Assembly (NCBI RefSeq): GCF_001194135.2
Contig: NC_068988.1
Coordinates: 28,077,709 to 28,131,516, forward strand
DNA length: 53,808 nucleotides
Reading direction: 5' to 3'
Origin: Octopus bimaculoides
Taxonomy: Eukaryota
Shown: positions 35,600 through 49,799 of the stretch, piece after piece
Layout of the letters: the number at the start of each line of letters is the position of its first letter
Numbering within the stretch: position 1 is the stretch's first letter
The notes under the pieces: generated by a model
What the model saw: the letters and a program-made list of their open reading frames with translations, nothing else
Databases searched by the model: none
What the model was told of the DNA's origin: nothing
Position numbers and translations under genes: made by a program

Positions 35600-37315
35600 A
35601 TATAGACTTCTTAGAGTGTGCTTCTCCAGATTTGTTTTTCTAAAAAAAAAAAAACCGTGTGTGTGTGTATTTAATTCTGAAATTTATAGCTAGGAGTCTC
35701 TAACTTTTATTAGAAAAAAGCTATTTTACAGTTAGATTTTTTCAAATGTTAATTACTGAACTATAAAATGGATGTGACTGATTTTTAGTGAGGTTGAGTA
35801 TAGCACATAAAATAATGAAGAAAACCTTAAACCATAATGGAATGTTAGCTTTTGAACTTATAACCTTTAAGTTGGTAGTCTTAACTATTTAATAGCCTCA
35901 ATTATATATTTTTTGTCCCACTGTTATTATATCTGACAGCCTATATTTACTGATAGGCAGAACATGAGCAATACGTACCATCGCTGAAAGCTTTATACCA
36001 TCTCTGATTCATATACACATACAGAGATGGAAGTTCAGAATAAATATGGTAGTTCAAATTATAATACATGTTAATTAGAATTACAAAATTGCAACATTGA
36101 AAATTTCAATGGTTGAACATAATCCACTGCTTAATTGAGCAAGCAGAGAGTTATGAGGAAATAATTCCTTTAAAGAAAATTCTGATTTTAGATTACAGAG
36201 GTTGAGATACAATGGGATATGAAGAGGCCAAAATACATATATATTTCAGCTTGAACTATGAAATATGTTATTATGAAGTTATCAAAAAAAAAAAAAAAAA
36301 AACTGAAGAAATTTATCAATATATTCGCACGTGTCGGGAAGCAAACTTCTTAACCACACAGCCACACCTGTGCCTATTGTACATAAACATTAAAATCTGG
36401 AGAATCTATTAATTATCTCACTCATCACTTCGATAGTATTCATTTCAAACATTGGCACAAGGATGAAAGGTGAAGCTAACTTCAGCAGAATTTGAACCCA
36501 GAATGTGAAGGGCATTAACTAAATACCATAAAACATACCTTTGTTGGTCTGAAGAAGATAAAAAAACGAAAACAAAAAAAAACAAGTCTATAGGATTAGT
36601 ATTTGATAACTGATATTTCTTAGCTTCGCACAAAAGCTTACAATTCACCATAAGAATAATAAGATAAGGCAAATTTATTAAAAATTATGCAATTCAAAGA
36701 TGTAACATTACTTCCGAGACTGTATTGTTTGACAAATGAAAAAGTCTTGAGAGATAATGAATTCCAAGAATTATTTTGATTATTGTTTTGTTGATCTGCA
36801 ATAATCCTGCTCAGATAAGTTCCAAAATCATTGTATTTATTATTCATTGGAAAGTTTGTAAATCAGGTCAACCATAGATGTCTGCTAGAATGATCATATA
36901 TAGAACTGGACACGAATGTTATTTTTAGAAGTAGTAACTTCTAAAGAACGTCAATGTAATGGAAGATAAACAAAGAAATATCGACACAATTTAAAATAGA
37001 TTCTCTGACAAAATAATTTATCAGCGACCGTGTGAAAGGATTTTCCTTATGGTTGAGTATTATTTATTTAATGAAATCTAAAAGACTGCATGAGAAACAT
37101 AAATAACATTTTCCTTTTACTTGTTTCAGTCATTGGACTGTGGCCATGCTGAAGCACCATGAAGGGTTTAGTCAAACAAATCAATCTCAGGACTTATTTT
37201 GTAAGTCTAGTACATATTCTATCAGTCTCTTTTCCCAAACTGCTAAGTTATGGGGATGCAAACAAATCAACATCAGTTGTCAGGTGGTTTGATGGGGTGG
37301 GGACAAATACAGACA

Positions 37316-37392
37316 TACATACAAGCACATACACACATACAAGCACATACATACATACAAGCACATACATACATACAAGCACATACATACAA
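37316..37392. repeat. 18-bp minisatellite
   Basis: atacatacatacaagcac-type units. Confidence 0.8.
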
Positions 37393-37927
37393 GTATCAGT
37401 AAAATATTTTATCTCTCTATTTTTTGTAACAAGTGAATATAATATTACTGACCAATTTTACCTGATATTGCTGCATAGGTCTGACCTATGCAAGCATGGA
37501 AAAATCATTTAACATCCATTGTCCATGCTGGCATGGGTTGGACGGTTTGACTGGGCTGGCACACAGGAAGGCTGCGCCAGGATCCAGTCTGATTTGGCTT
37601 GATTTTCTACAGCTGGATGCCCTTCCTAATGCCAACCACTCCGAGAGTGTAATGGGTACCTTCATGTGCCATCATCATTTAAAATCTACTTTTCCATGCT
37701 TGCATGGGTTAGACAGAATTTGTTGAGGCAAATTCTCTACAGTTGGGTGCCTTTCCTGTTGCCAAATCTCACCTATTTCCAAGCAAGGTAATATTTAGTC
37801 ACAGATAGATAAGTTTTTCATGGAAGAAGGAAATGAGCAACTTTGCTTATAGGACAATGATGCTCATTTGTGACCATCATGTGATATCTAGACAAGAGTA
37901 CACACAAATACACATATAATATATATA

Positions 37928-39408
37928 CCAGGCAATCACAGAGGAGTTCAAGACAGGTTGCCCCTGGGAGCTCCTCTATGCTGATGACCTTGCCCTAATT
38001 GCGGAGTCACTATCAGAACTAGAGGAGAAGTTTCAGGTGTGGAAGCAAGGTCTAGAATTGAAGGGCCTTAGAGTCAACCTAGCTAAAACCAAAATCCTAA
38101 TAAGTAGGAAGGTAGATAAAACACAAACCCCTTCAGGTAGATGGCCCTGCTCAGTATGTAGAAAAGGAGTAGGTAGTAACTCTATAAGATGTACCCGGTG
38201 CNNNNNNNNNNNNNNNNNNNNNNNNNNNNNNNNNNNNNNNNNNNNNNNNNNNNNNNNNNNNNNNNNNNNNNNNNNNNNNNNNNNNNNNNNNNNNNNNNNN
38301 NNNNNNNNNNNNNNNNNNNNNNNNNNNNNNNNNNNNNNNNNNNNNNNNNNNNNNNNNNNNNNNNNNNNNNNNNNNNNNNNNNNNNNNNNNNNNNNNNNNN
38401 NNNNNNNNNNNNNNNNNNNNNNNNNNNNNNNNNNNNNNNNNNNNNNNNNNNNNNNNNNNNNNNNNNNNNNNNNNNNNNNNNNNNNNNNNNNNNNNNNNNN
38501 NNNNNNNNNNNNNNNNNNNNNNNNNNNNNNNNNNNNNNNNNNNNNNNNNNNNNNNNNNNNNNNNNNNNNNNNNNNNNNNNNNNNNNNNNNNNNNNNNNNN
38601 NNNNNNNNNNNNNNNNNNNNNNNNNNNNNNNNNNNNNNNNNNNNNNNNNNNNNNNNNNNNNNNNNNNNNNNNNNNNNNNNNNNNNNNNNNNNNNNNNNNN
38701 NNNNNNNNNNNNNNNNNNNNNNNNNNNNNNNNNNNNNNNNNNNNNNNNNNNNNNNNNNNNNNNNNNNNNNNNNNNNNNNNNNNNNNNNNNNNNNNNNNNN
38801 NNNNNNNNNNNNNNNNNNNNNNNNNNNNNNNNNNNNNNNNNNNNNNNNNNNNNNNNNNNNNNNNNNNNNNNNNNNNNNNNNNNNNNNNNNNNNNNNNNNN
38901 NNNNNNNNNNNNNNNNNNNNNNNNNNNNNNNNNNNNNNNNNNNNNNNNNNNNNNNNNNNNNNNNNNNNNNNNNNNNNNNNNNNNNNNNNNNNNNNNNNNN
39001 NNNNNNNNNNNNNNNNNNNNNNNNNNNNNNNNNNNNNNNNNNNNNNNNNNNNNNNNNNNNNNNNNNNNNNNNNNNNNNNNNNNNNNNNNNNNNNNNNNNN
39101 NNNNNNNNNNNNNNNNNNNNNNNNNNNNNNNNNNNNNNNNNNNNNNNNNNNNNNNNNNNNNNNNNNNNNNNCACATAAAAGACACCATTTCGAGCGTGGC
39201 CGTTTTCATGCGGGTGACACGTAAAAGCACCCACTACACTCTCTGAGTGGTTGGCGTTAGGAAGGGCATCCAGCTGTAGAAACTCTGCCAAATCAGACTG
39301 GAGCCTGGTGTTGCCATCCGGTTTCACCAGTCCTCAGTCAAATCGTCCAACCCATGCTAGCATGGAAAGCGGACGTTAAACGATGATGATGATGATGATG
39401 ATGATGAT
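37928..39408 (+). mobile_element. 5'-truncated RTE-clade LINE (RT C-terminus, Cys-rich motif, 3' UTR, (GAT)n tail); 970-nt gap inside
   Basis: CPWELLYADDL (YADD at 37977-37988), GLRVNLAKTK, WPCSVCRKGVGSNSIRCTRC; tail catggaaagcggacgttaaac(gat)n. Confidence 0.88.
38202..39171. other. Assembly gap (others: 6836-6935, 10891-10907, 13727-14189, 18324-18569, 20076-20145, 27293-27512)
   Basis: N runs, mostly flanked by microsatellites or repeats. Confidence 0.99.
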
Positions 39409-40599
39409 CATATATGACAAACTTCTTCAAATTTCCATTCACCAAATCCACAGAAAAACTTTTGGTTGGCCCAGGAATATAGCAGAAAGTACCTGCCCAT
39501 GGTGTCATGTAATAAGACTGAACTTAAGACCACATAGTTGGGAAGCAAGCTTTGAAACCAGAGAGCCATTAAAACAATGCTGATGATGCCTGCCATGATA
39601 TAACTTTATATTCGAAACTATTAACCACTGGAGTAATAATACCTTAACATTAAAAGAACTAAGGCATGTTAGAAGATTAAAATCTGTAATGCAGAATACT
39701 GAGTTATGCTTGGTTTTTATAGAATTTTTTTTTTTTTTTACAAAATTTTGGTTCTGTATGGTGAAAAAGCATGTAGAAAACTAAATCATTTTTATGCAAG
39801 ATTAGCTTAAAAATAGAATTTTTTAGAAGAGCTCAGGAAAGATTTAAAGAATAGTAATTCAAATAATCCATTCAAATTCTATTTAAAAAAAGCTTTATAA
39901 GATGACATTTTACACATTGAACCAATTTTATATGTGAATAAACCATTCTAAAGTAGAAGCAGCAGTAATCCAATCATTCCAGTTAATCAGGGAATTTTTT
40001 TCTTTTTTTCAAGAATTGTAATCAGTTATTATAATATCAAACTAGTTGTTAGTTGTTGCAGAAGAAAAAAAATTATGAAAAGGATAAATATTAAATACTT
40101 GCATTACTGATTGCAAACAAAATATAATTTTCATATTCATTAAAACTTAATCTCAAAACAACTCGTACAAATTTCAAAATCACACACACACACACAAAAT
40201 TACATTTAATGAGAAAGAAACCAATATTAATTTAGAGCTCTGTATCTGAAGAAGATTTAGATCAGCGAGTACTTATATACTGAAAATATTGGACCAAATC
40301 ATCATGATCATGATCATCATTTAATGTCTATTTTCCTTGCTGGTATGGGTTGGATTGTTTGACGGGAGCTGACAAGGTCAGGAGCCACATTGGGTTCCAT
40401 GGTCTGTTTTGGCATGGTTACTACAACAGGATACCCTTGATAACACCAACCACTTTACAGAGTGTACTGGGTGTTTTTTATATGACATCAGCATCAGTGC
40501 TTTTTACATGGCACTGACAGGGTCGCCAAGTATTTTGCAAGACTAAAAAATGAGAATTGGAACATTACTTTTCTATTTTATTCCTTGGACAGTGACCAT

Positions 40600-40900
40600 A
40601 CTAAGGTAGTGCTTTCTAGGGTTCTAGTTGAAAGCAGTGCTTTCAGGGATTCTATATTAAGCCTCGTATTTAATCTTCTATATCTGTCCTCATTTATCAC
40701 AGGAGTTTGGTTCCAGAAAAAAAAAAGCAAAAAAAAAAAACATAGTAATATATGAATCATTTCCATACACTTTGTAAATGGAATGAATGGTAGATTCATT
40801 GACTCCGAACCTGCAGCCCACAGCAGCAAAGCTTCTACAGTCATATCTTTTTCCTTCATTTCCACCTTTTCCCAAAAGAATACACCCATCTGCATCATTT
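40600..40900 (-). pseudogene. Tigger/pogo transposase N-terminal HTH remnant
   Basis: WEKVEM... then, after a frameshift, SFAAVGCRFGVNESTIHSIYK. Confidence 0.55.
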
Positions 40901-41384
40901 GTTAGGATAAGGTGCCTTTGTATATTTTTCTGTTCACTGGTCCCACATTGAAGGGTACAAGTATGTAAACCCATATTAAAAAATATGCAGCTTTGCAGCA
41001 CAATCATGCAAACACAAGTGATAATCAGGGTGTTCCAGGTAACAGCATTGTGAGTGGTTGTTAGGGTGCATTTTTACAGCACAAGCTGAATCTGGTTGAT
41101 AGCCAACCCGAGTTATCACAGCTCAATCTGTGATAAGCATAACGTGGTTTGCAATTGAGCATACCAGGTTATCCCAGATTAGTGATGAGTAAATCAGTGA
41201 TAAACAAGACCATTTGCACTTGGTTTATTGAATATGTAAAACTGAAATCTACAGGGACATGAAGGGATGTAAGTAGAATGCAACAAGAGGAGAAATTTTT
41301 GCTCATTGAATTGATGTCTTTTTATGATGAAATTTGTCACAATTCCCATCTACAAAGCTCGCTCACAGAAGATAATCTCCAGTT

Positions 41385-41610
41385 GCTGCTCCAGATTGGA
41401 CTTGATTGAACAGACCTATAATCAAAGGTATTCCAGCCGTGACCATCCCATATTATTTTCAGGCTCACTGTATGTAGGATTAACTACATTATCCAATGTG
41501 GCATTCCTTGTTTTAAAAATGGCGGGGTTTAATTTGAGGGATATTTACTTGCCATTTTTGCCTGTCAAGCAATCCCATACAGATTGCCTTATTGACTTGA
41601 AGATCACCAG
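41385..41610 (+). repeat. Unclassified interspersed repeat family D (also 51370-51585 -, 53125-53215 +)
   Basis: Shared cagacctat-atcaaaggtattccagcc-tgaccat block. Confidence 0.55.
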
Positions 41611-43227
41611 TTGAGCTAAACATCAACAATTGGCGATAATCTTGAGATTACCTTCTGTGAGTGAGTTTCAACGATGGGTACTGAGTAAAATCTTGTTGAA
41701 TGTATAGACATTGGTACATTGAACAAAAATAACTCATCTTGTCTCAATCTAGTTACATACCTTTATACCCTGGTAGATTTTGACTTTACAAGTTCAACAG
41801 AGTAAATAAGTACTAAACAAAATACTAGAGTCGGTATAATGAAATAGAACCCTTGAAGGCAGTGTCACAATCCAATGAAAAAAAGAAAAAGAAAAACAGT
41901 GTCCTAGTTTTGATATAATTTTCCACACATTAGTTCTCATAATTATATTTTCAGTACATAACTACTCTCTGATCTAAATCTTCTTTAGATACAGAGCTCT
42001 AAATTTCTATTGGTTTTTTTTAATATGCATGTGTATGTGTGAGAAAGAGAGAGAGATTTTGAAACTTATACGAGCTGTTTTTAAGAGTATGTTTTAATGA
42101 GAGTATGGAAATTATATTTTGTTTGTAATCAGTAAAACAGGTCATTTAGCCCTTTTGAAACCAACCTATGCTTGGTTCTATGATATAAAGTACTTGTTTT
42201 AAAAATCATCTAAATTAAAATCTTCCATTAAAATTTTATGTCATCTTTTACCTTTTACTTGTTTGAATCATTAGACTGTGGCCATGCTGGTGCACAACCT
42301 AGAAGAATATTTTAGTTGAATGAATTGTCCCCAGTACTTTTTTGTTTAAGCCTCATACTTATTCTATCGGTATCTTTTGCCGAACTGCTATGTCATGGAG
42401 ACATAAACAAACTAACATGAGTTGTCAAGCAGTGGTGGGGGATGAACAGTGACACAAAATTACACACACACATATATATATAAATACTCCAGAATTCTTT
42501 CAGGTTCAGTCCACCAAATCCACTCACAAGGTTTTGGTTGACCTGAGGTTATAGATGACACTTGCTCCACTAAATGTTTCTTTATTTTCAAAATTAATTA
42601 AAACAAAAGCAGTGTATTCCAAAAGAAATATGTTAACAAAAGGGTTAATATTTATCCATTTCATAATTGTTACCCCCTTACATCAACTAGCAACTAGTTT
42701 GATATTATGACGACCAATTTTCAAGGAGACGTTTGTCAATGAAATACAAAATTAAATTTTTATCTTAAAACAAAATAACTGACCTGATTCTCATTAAGTT
42801 TAAAATATTTATTCAATCAGACCCATTAACATCCACATTTAATAACTAAAAATCAATATATTCAACACAAGAGTAGGGGTGGGGAGAAATCAGAAGATTA
42901 AATTAATAGTGAAGATGTTAATGTATAAATTACTTAACAAGAAATTATTTCAGACTAATAATCTTTCCAAAAGATAAATAAGTTTGTCTAAGAAATTTAT
43001 ACATTTGGTTGTTTTAATGTCCATTTTCTACTAAAGCCTTGGGCCAACCAAAGTATTATGAGTGGATTTGGTAGAAGGAAACTGAAATAAACCCTATATA
43101 TATGAAATTAGATACACAAATAAAAGAGCTACTAATAGATTCATGCTATTATGATACTTGAACAGGCATATTTATAAAATATGCCATATATTTTAAAGCA
43201 ATCTTTCAGGCTCTGTTTATGCATTAT

Positions 43228-43942
43228 ATGTGTACTCTTCTTCTTTGCTGTCACATCTCACAAATGAACTATTTTTTGACCAAATAGTGACTGATGAGGA
43301 GAAATGGGTTCTCCATAAAAAATGTCAAGCACCGAAAACAGTGGGTAGGGAAAGGAGAAACACCGGCACCCCGGGCTAAAGAAGGTCTTCACCCACATAA
43401 AATGTTGTTATCTGTTTTGTGGGATATGAAAGGTTTAGTCCACTTTGAACTTTTAAACCCAAACCAAATGATAACAAAGGAGATCTACTATGAGCTGCTT
43501 GAGCAGCTTAAGTCAGTGCTAGAAGAAAAACGGCCATTTTTAGTTTCAAGACGAAAGGTGTTCTTCCATCAGGATAATGCTCGGCCACACACAGCAAGGA
43601 TGACATTCTAAAGACTGGAGCAGTTTGAAAAGGAAACGATGCCCCACCCACCATATTCACCGGACATTGCCCCATCTGATTATCATTTATTTCGCAGTCT
43701 TCAAAATCATTTGGACAGAAAAAATATGAACTCTGTAGATGAGGTCAGAACAGTACTGGAGGAGTATTTTTCATCATGGACAAGTGAATTTTGGAAGAGG
43801 GGCTTTGCAAATCTACCAGATAGATGGAAGAGCATTGTAGAAAATGAAGGAGACTATATTTTAGATTAAAAATGAACTTTATCTTAATTTTGAAATATAA
43901 AAGAAGTATTAAAAACCACATTACTTATGGGATGACCCAATA
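43228..43942 (+). mobile_element. 5'-truncated mariner transposase pseudogene (D,D34D) with 3' TIR
   Basis: IVTDEEKW...HQDNARPH...HPPYSPDIAPSDYHLFRSLQN; 34 residues between 2nd and 3rd Asp; in-frame stop and frameshift; ends ...ttacttatgggatgacccaaTA. Confidence 0.93.
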
Positions 43943-44309
43943 GAAGATACTTGTCCAAAGTACCTCACAATCAGAACTTGAGAGCACATAATAACAAAGT
44001 GAACTCTGTATCCTCACAACCATACCAGCGCTTAGACTGTTACTGACAATTACATTTCCATCTTCAATAGTGCTACATATTATAATTAAGTAAAGCAATG
44101 GCCAGAACCAAATGGTAGGAATGTATAAAAAGTTAAAACTGTTGACTCACTCGTTTATAGCCATTCATTAGCATTTCTACAATGAGAACATTCTAAATAT
44201 CCATAATAAAAGATCTGTTGATTTTATTGTGGGTTGGTGGCTGAGAAGCTTGCTTCCCATCTATGTAGTCTTGAATTCAATCCCACTGTGCAGATTTTAG
44301 TTGAACATA

Positions 44310-44850
44310 CCAACCCCAGCACTTATGTTTTAAAATCTGGCACCTATTCTATTGGTTCCTTTTTGCTGAACTGCTAAGCTATGAAGAACATAAACAAACC
44401 AACACTTGTCAGGCAGTGATCGGTAACACACACAATGGGCTTCCATACAGTTTCTTATTTCTTTACCGCCCACAAGGGGCTACACACAGAAGAGACAAAC
44501 AGGGACAGACAAAAGGATTAAATCAATTATATCAACCCCAGTGCGTAACTGGTACTTATTTAATTGACCCCCGAAAGGATGAAAGGCAAAGTTGACCTCG
44601 GCAGAATTTGAACTCAGAACATAACGGTAGACGAAATACCGCTAAGCATTTCACCCGGCGTGCTAACGTTTCTGTCAGCTTGCCGCCTTACTGCCAGCTC
44701 GCGCTTCCATAAGATTCTGTCTACCAAATTCACTCACAAAGCATTGGTTGACCCAGGGCTATTGTAAAAGACACTTGTTCAAAGTGCCTCACAGTGGGAC
44801 TGAACCCAGAATCGAATGGCTGAAAAGTGAGCTTAACCACACAGCCATGC
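44310..44850 (-). mobile_element. SINE A interrupted by a Nin/Deu-domain SINE (44455-44700)
   Basis: SINE A halves flank a complete family-B copy. Confidence 0.75.
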
Positions 44851-45026
44851 TTGTGCCTAGAAAATCTATTCATAGAATTTTAATTATTTAGTGTGATAGC
44901 AAGAAGAATGTCAGCCATCTGGAATGCCCTCTCCACTCCCCTCCCAACCATGTTTTTTTCTGGAATCATCAATTTATTTAAATAGAACATCAACCCCATT
45001 GATCTCAGAGGTCTGAGAGGACTTAC

Positions 45027-45062
45027 AAAGGCCACGTGTACAGCCTCTCACTCCAGGCCAAA
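45027..45062 (-). other. Candidate 36-nt 5'-UTR exon of the BTBD8-like gene
   Basis: Strong acceptor ttctttttctctttaacag and consensus donor gtaagt in unique sequence; no ATG. Confidence 0.45.
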
Positions 45063-47159
45063 CTGTTAAAGAGAAAAAGAATAAACTTAATGAGTCATAA
45101 TTACATACCTAACTAATCCATCCAGTAATTAACTCTTCATAGTTACATCACAGGTACAAAAGCACTTGTATTTAAAACATCTTTAATCAGAGGACTATTA
45201 GACCAGCTAGTCAGCAAATTTATTTAAACATTTAGTACATGTTCACACACACACGTGTGTGTGTGTCTTAGAATTGTTAGCGCCTTGGACCAAATGCTAA
45301 ACTGAATTTCTTCTGACTTTATACATTCTGAGTTCAAATCCTGCCGAGGTCAACTTTGCCTTCCATTCTTTTGGTTGGGGGTTCATAAATTAAAGTACCA
45401 ATCAAATACTGGGGTTGATGTAATCGATTTGCCCCCTCCCCTCATAACTGCTGGCTCTGTGATAAAATTAGAAAGAATTATTGGTTGGAAACAATAGTTT
45501 CATAATTTAACAAGATTATATTGCTTTTCGACTTGCTGTAATCAATATAATTCTTGTATCCAGTTAAAAATATTTTTCAGTCAAAATAAAGGTGATCTCA
45601 CATTTATTACATAGTAAACACTGCATTTTCCCAAAACTAGCCCATATTACTGCTCAGATCATTGGCTGTTTTCTCTACGAAACTCAAGATATACCCATAG
45701 TTAAACACTGCTGCCATTCCTATGATGATGTTACTCACCATATCCAAAAAGAAGCTCCTCTACTTAACAGATGTCCTACCTACCCTATGTCTCCTCTACT
45801 GATATTTCAATGGGCCCTGCTTCACAGAACTAGCTGGTTACATATCACCTCCATCCAAGTTCACTTGACATACCTATCTCATCAACCATACTGTGTCATG
45901 CACCTAGCTCTTCCACTAACAATTATGCCAAATCCTTGCCTCCCAGAATGCCAGTCTTCTAGGATTTCCTTTCAACCATTACCCTGCATTGTAGTGAAGA
46001 CTGGAAAATAAAAATATACAAGACAGCTCAGCTGTGAACTAGAAGTAAATTAGGACAGCAAGTGTGTTTATCAGTAGATAAATTTACTTTGGATTCACTC
46101 CAATATTTTGCTAACAGAAACCAAAATACCATACCCAAAACCTGAAACCAACAACCATACAAGACCTTTTGGCTCTAATAATGAACATACAAATTCTTTG
46201 ATGTAGCTAAGTTATGGATATAGAATTTGCAGAAGTCATGTTAAGTACTGGGGGTCAATGTAATCAACTAACCCCGCTCCCTAAAATTGTTGGTCTTGTG
46301 CTAAAATTTGAAGCTGTTATTAAGTGTCACTCTCTTATGCCAATAAAGACTAGATAAGTCTTTTTGAGTCAGTGTTATGGCAAGATGCCCTTTTTGACAC
46401 CAACTCTCTTAGTTGTTGCTTGTGGCATGCAGGGCTACAATATACCTATTCTAAAAACCAGGACAGACACACAGATGGAAGGGCACACAGAGAGACAGAC
46501 AGACAGATATCAAACAAATATGGAAGCTAATGTTTTACTGTTCTATTTTGAGGAAATATAATAGTTAATATGCTTAATATGCAAATTATATTTCCAACAA
46601 AGATACTTATACTGAAATTTAGATGGTTCGACAAATTTATCGATTAGAGGAGTCAGTGTGAGAGCCAAATGCTATTTTGGTTTTATGATTTATTTACTCT
46701 GTTAATTTCTATTAATACTTTAGTGAATACACACTTTATATATATTTTTTATCTAATAAAGCCATTCAGTGGCTACAGTGGTTGGCTGTTTTTATTTTTT
46801 TTTATTTTACTTCAAATAACAAATAATATTTCAAACAACAAAAGCAAATCCCTCAAGACTTTGTATTTTTAGTTTGCAAACTTGAACAACCAACCATAAT
46901 TTTCTGCAACGCTTCACATATCCCTGTCTTTATTAAAAATTATCTCTATTTTGTCACTGGCTATCATCATTATTGACTAATACCAAGACATTTTTGGTTG
47001 GTCTTCATTCTCTTCAACATAAACTCTCAGTACTGTTTGGAACTTAGTATATTTTAGATTTATATTATTAATATAAACAGCTGAAATGGGGTTCCTCTGA
47101 AAGCTCCCTGGGGTAACGTTACTTGATAGGGTAAGCAGCTTAGTGGTTAGGGAACCTCA

Positions 47160-47423
47160 CCAGGTCAAGCCATTGCTTCTCGGTACCGAGAGCTCAGAAC
47201 TCCAGTGCTATGGACATGTGATTAGAAAGTTGCAAGATAGATTCTTCAAGCTGAGCCAACTGGCAGGAGACCTTAGTGTTAGACCAAGAACAAAATATCT
47301 AGGAATCCAGTCAGAAAGTGTAATGATGATTACTTCTGAGAGGACCGTATAGAGGAGGTGCCTGAAGACTCCACACCCATAACCCTTCCAGGAATAGTAG
47401 TCAGTGAAAATGGATGGATGGAT
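47160..47423 (+). mobile_element. Rex3/Expander-like RTE 3' remnant with (GGAT)n tail
   Basis: VKPLLLGTESSELQCYGHVIR...; ends aaaatggatggatggat. Confidence 0.6.
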
Positions 47424-48129
47424 ATTATTGATTCATATATTAGTTGTTTCACATTTAGTTTTATGCTAAATCATGCAAAAGGAGTGTTTATGTTTTACAC
47501 TCGAATGCTTTTTCTATAGTCAAGAACGAATATTTGTCAGTCAGACAAATTGAAATAATGCAATGAACACAACAAAGGGATTGTTGTATGTTTGAACTCT
47601 TGAACATATGTTTAGTAATTAATATTTCAGTCACTAGACTTGATAAGTTTTCATCTGTGTTGGTAGGAACTGAATTAGATATGAAATAAGATAGTATGGG
47701 ATGAGGGTGAAATAGAGTTCAATGTTTTGGACAGCTGCCAGTGGCATGAGAAAGAGCACTGAATACATACACTGTACAGTGGTTGGTTTTAGGAAGGGTT
47801 CACCCGATCCTGTGAAACCATCCAACCCATGCTAGTATGGAAATATGGACATTAAATAATGATAACTGAGTATAATTATATTATTTTAATGAGGGGTTAC
47901 AATGATTGCATGAATAATGAGTCTTAAGCTATCTTAATATGACTCATTATTCACAGTGTTTGTAAAATTTTGGTTGATAAAAATTTATCAAATCACTCTA
48001 TTGCATATGTGAAACCCACCATATGCATACGTAGTATACAGAATGTCCCTTTTTGGTATTGAACTTCAACCATATTGCTGACATCTGTAATAAACATCCA
48101 ACACACTATCTCTCTCTATCAACTGGTAT

Positions 48130-48516
48130 CTGTGCTAGTGGAGCGCTAAGAGCACCATCTGAGCGTGATCATGGCCAGGGCTGCTGCATGGCCCCTGTGC
48201 CGGTGGCACATAAAAAGTACCATTTGAGCGTGATCGTTACCAGTGTCGCCTTACTGGCACTTGTGCCGGTGGTACGTGGAAAACACCATTTGAACGTGGT
48301 CGTTGCCAGTACCGTCTGAGTGGCCCTAGTGCTGGTGGCATGTAAAAGCACCCACTACGCTCTCGGAGTGGTTGGCGTTAGAAAGGGCATCCAGCTGTAG
48401 AAACTCTGCCAGATCAGACTGGAGCCAGGTGCAGCCATCTGGCTCACTAGTCCCCAGTCAAACCGTCCAACCCATGCCAGCATGGAAAGCAGACATTAAA
48501 CGATGATGATGATGAT
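48130..48516 (+). mobile_element. RTE LINE 3'-end copy (others at ~37503-37672 -, 40303-40530 -, 47735-47865 +, 51090-51300 +)
   Basis: Family UTR and tail. Confidence 0.78.
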
Positions 48517-49799
48517 AATATATATTAATTACTTTAAATCTTGCAGATAGTGTGGAAATATGCTTCACTCCAATATGCAACAAAACTTCCATAAACTAGA
48601 AACCTTTAAACCAGTATTACACTTATGAGAATTAGAATCCAAATGAAGGATAATCATGCAATATCAATGTGTGGTATAATTAATATATACAATAAAACCA
48701 ACAACTATAAACAAGTTCAACCCTACAAGAGATAGAATTTCAATGAAGGACAATGTAGAACCACAAGAACACAAGATACAAAAAACTTAGTCATCAAACA
48801 TACATCCATCATCAACTGCCTAACAGATATGATTATCCTTTTGACACCTGGGCAGTACCATTCAATCCAGCAGCATTAAAAACATAAATACTGCCTAAGA
48901 ATTAATAGTTAAGAAGTAAGAGCAAGACATTAGTGTAATATGTTCATTATGTCTAAACCTGCTGATTGTTTCAAATACAAAGATCAAATTTCAAATATAA
49001 TTCATTTCATACCTATAGCTATAAAGCACAGTAAAATGCATTGTCTATATTGTCCTAAAGTTTAAATCAATTGACTAATCTCATTAGTTACTCCCTATAA
49101 TTGTTTTGAAATTTTAAACACCTCTAAATGGATATTTTGCCGAGTAATTACTTGGATAGATTCAGATGATCAAAGTTTTTTAACTTGCTATATTATACAT
49201 GCAAGCCCATCATTACTTTAACATACACTTTTGTATGCTTGCATGGAATTCATTGAGGCAGATTTTCAATAACTGAACGTCCTTCCTGTTACCAACCTTC
49301 ACCTGTACCCACCCTATTGTATTTATGTATAAAATGTCTCTTTCCTGGGGAGAAGAACTTGCATCATTTGAATCAATGATTCCAGCACTTTATTTAGTTC
49401 ATCTGAAACTACTGGGTATTTTTCTTTCATTCTAATTTGCTGATATACCTGGAAGCAGTTTCCTGCAAATGAATGAATTTGCAAACTTGAAAGGGTTGTT
49501 TACTTCCATAAAAGTTAAATGAAAAAAGTTTTGTGGGGGGAGAGAGTCAAGAGCTCTGCATTAGTTTAGCCTGGCGGACAGGATTGTGCCCATGGCCTTT
49601 GCAGATCCACTGTGATTGGTGAGCTCAAAGTAGTTAACATTCCTGTTAAATAGTTTTAAGTCAAAGACTATAAAAGAACAAAATGAGAGGAGAAGAATTC
49701 CAGAAAGGCAATGTTCATTCCATCATCATTTTAACATCCCATTTTCCATGCTAGCATGGGTTACATAGTTTGAAGGATCTTTTGAGATGTGGACAATAC

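Noticed and set aside
38037-39327. Long ORF-track ORFs full of X (also near 6.7-7.1, 13.7-14.2, 18.2-18.8, 19.8-20.3 and 27.2-27.8 kb)
   Set aside because: Artefacts of reading through N gaps and (TA)n; only the RT-derived start at 38037 is meaningful
32355-41680. Other short AG...GT pairs on minus (~32360-32385, ~35990-36015, ~41650-41680)
   Set aside because: Weaker splice signals, at the level expected by chance in AT-rich DNA
45592-46011. 139-aa plus ORF
   Set aside because: No recognisable motif or splice context; probably decayed repeat or chance
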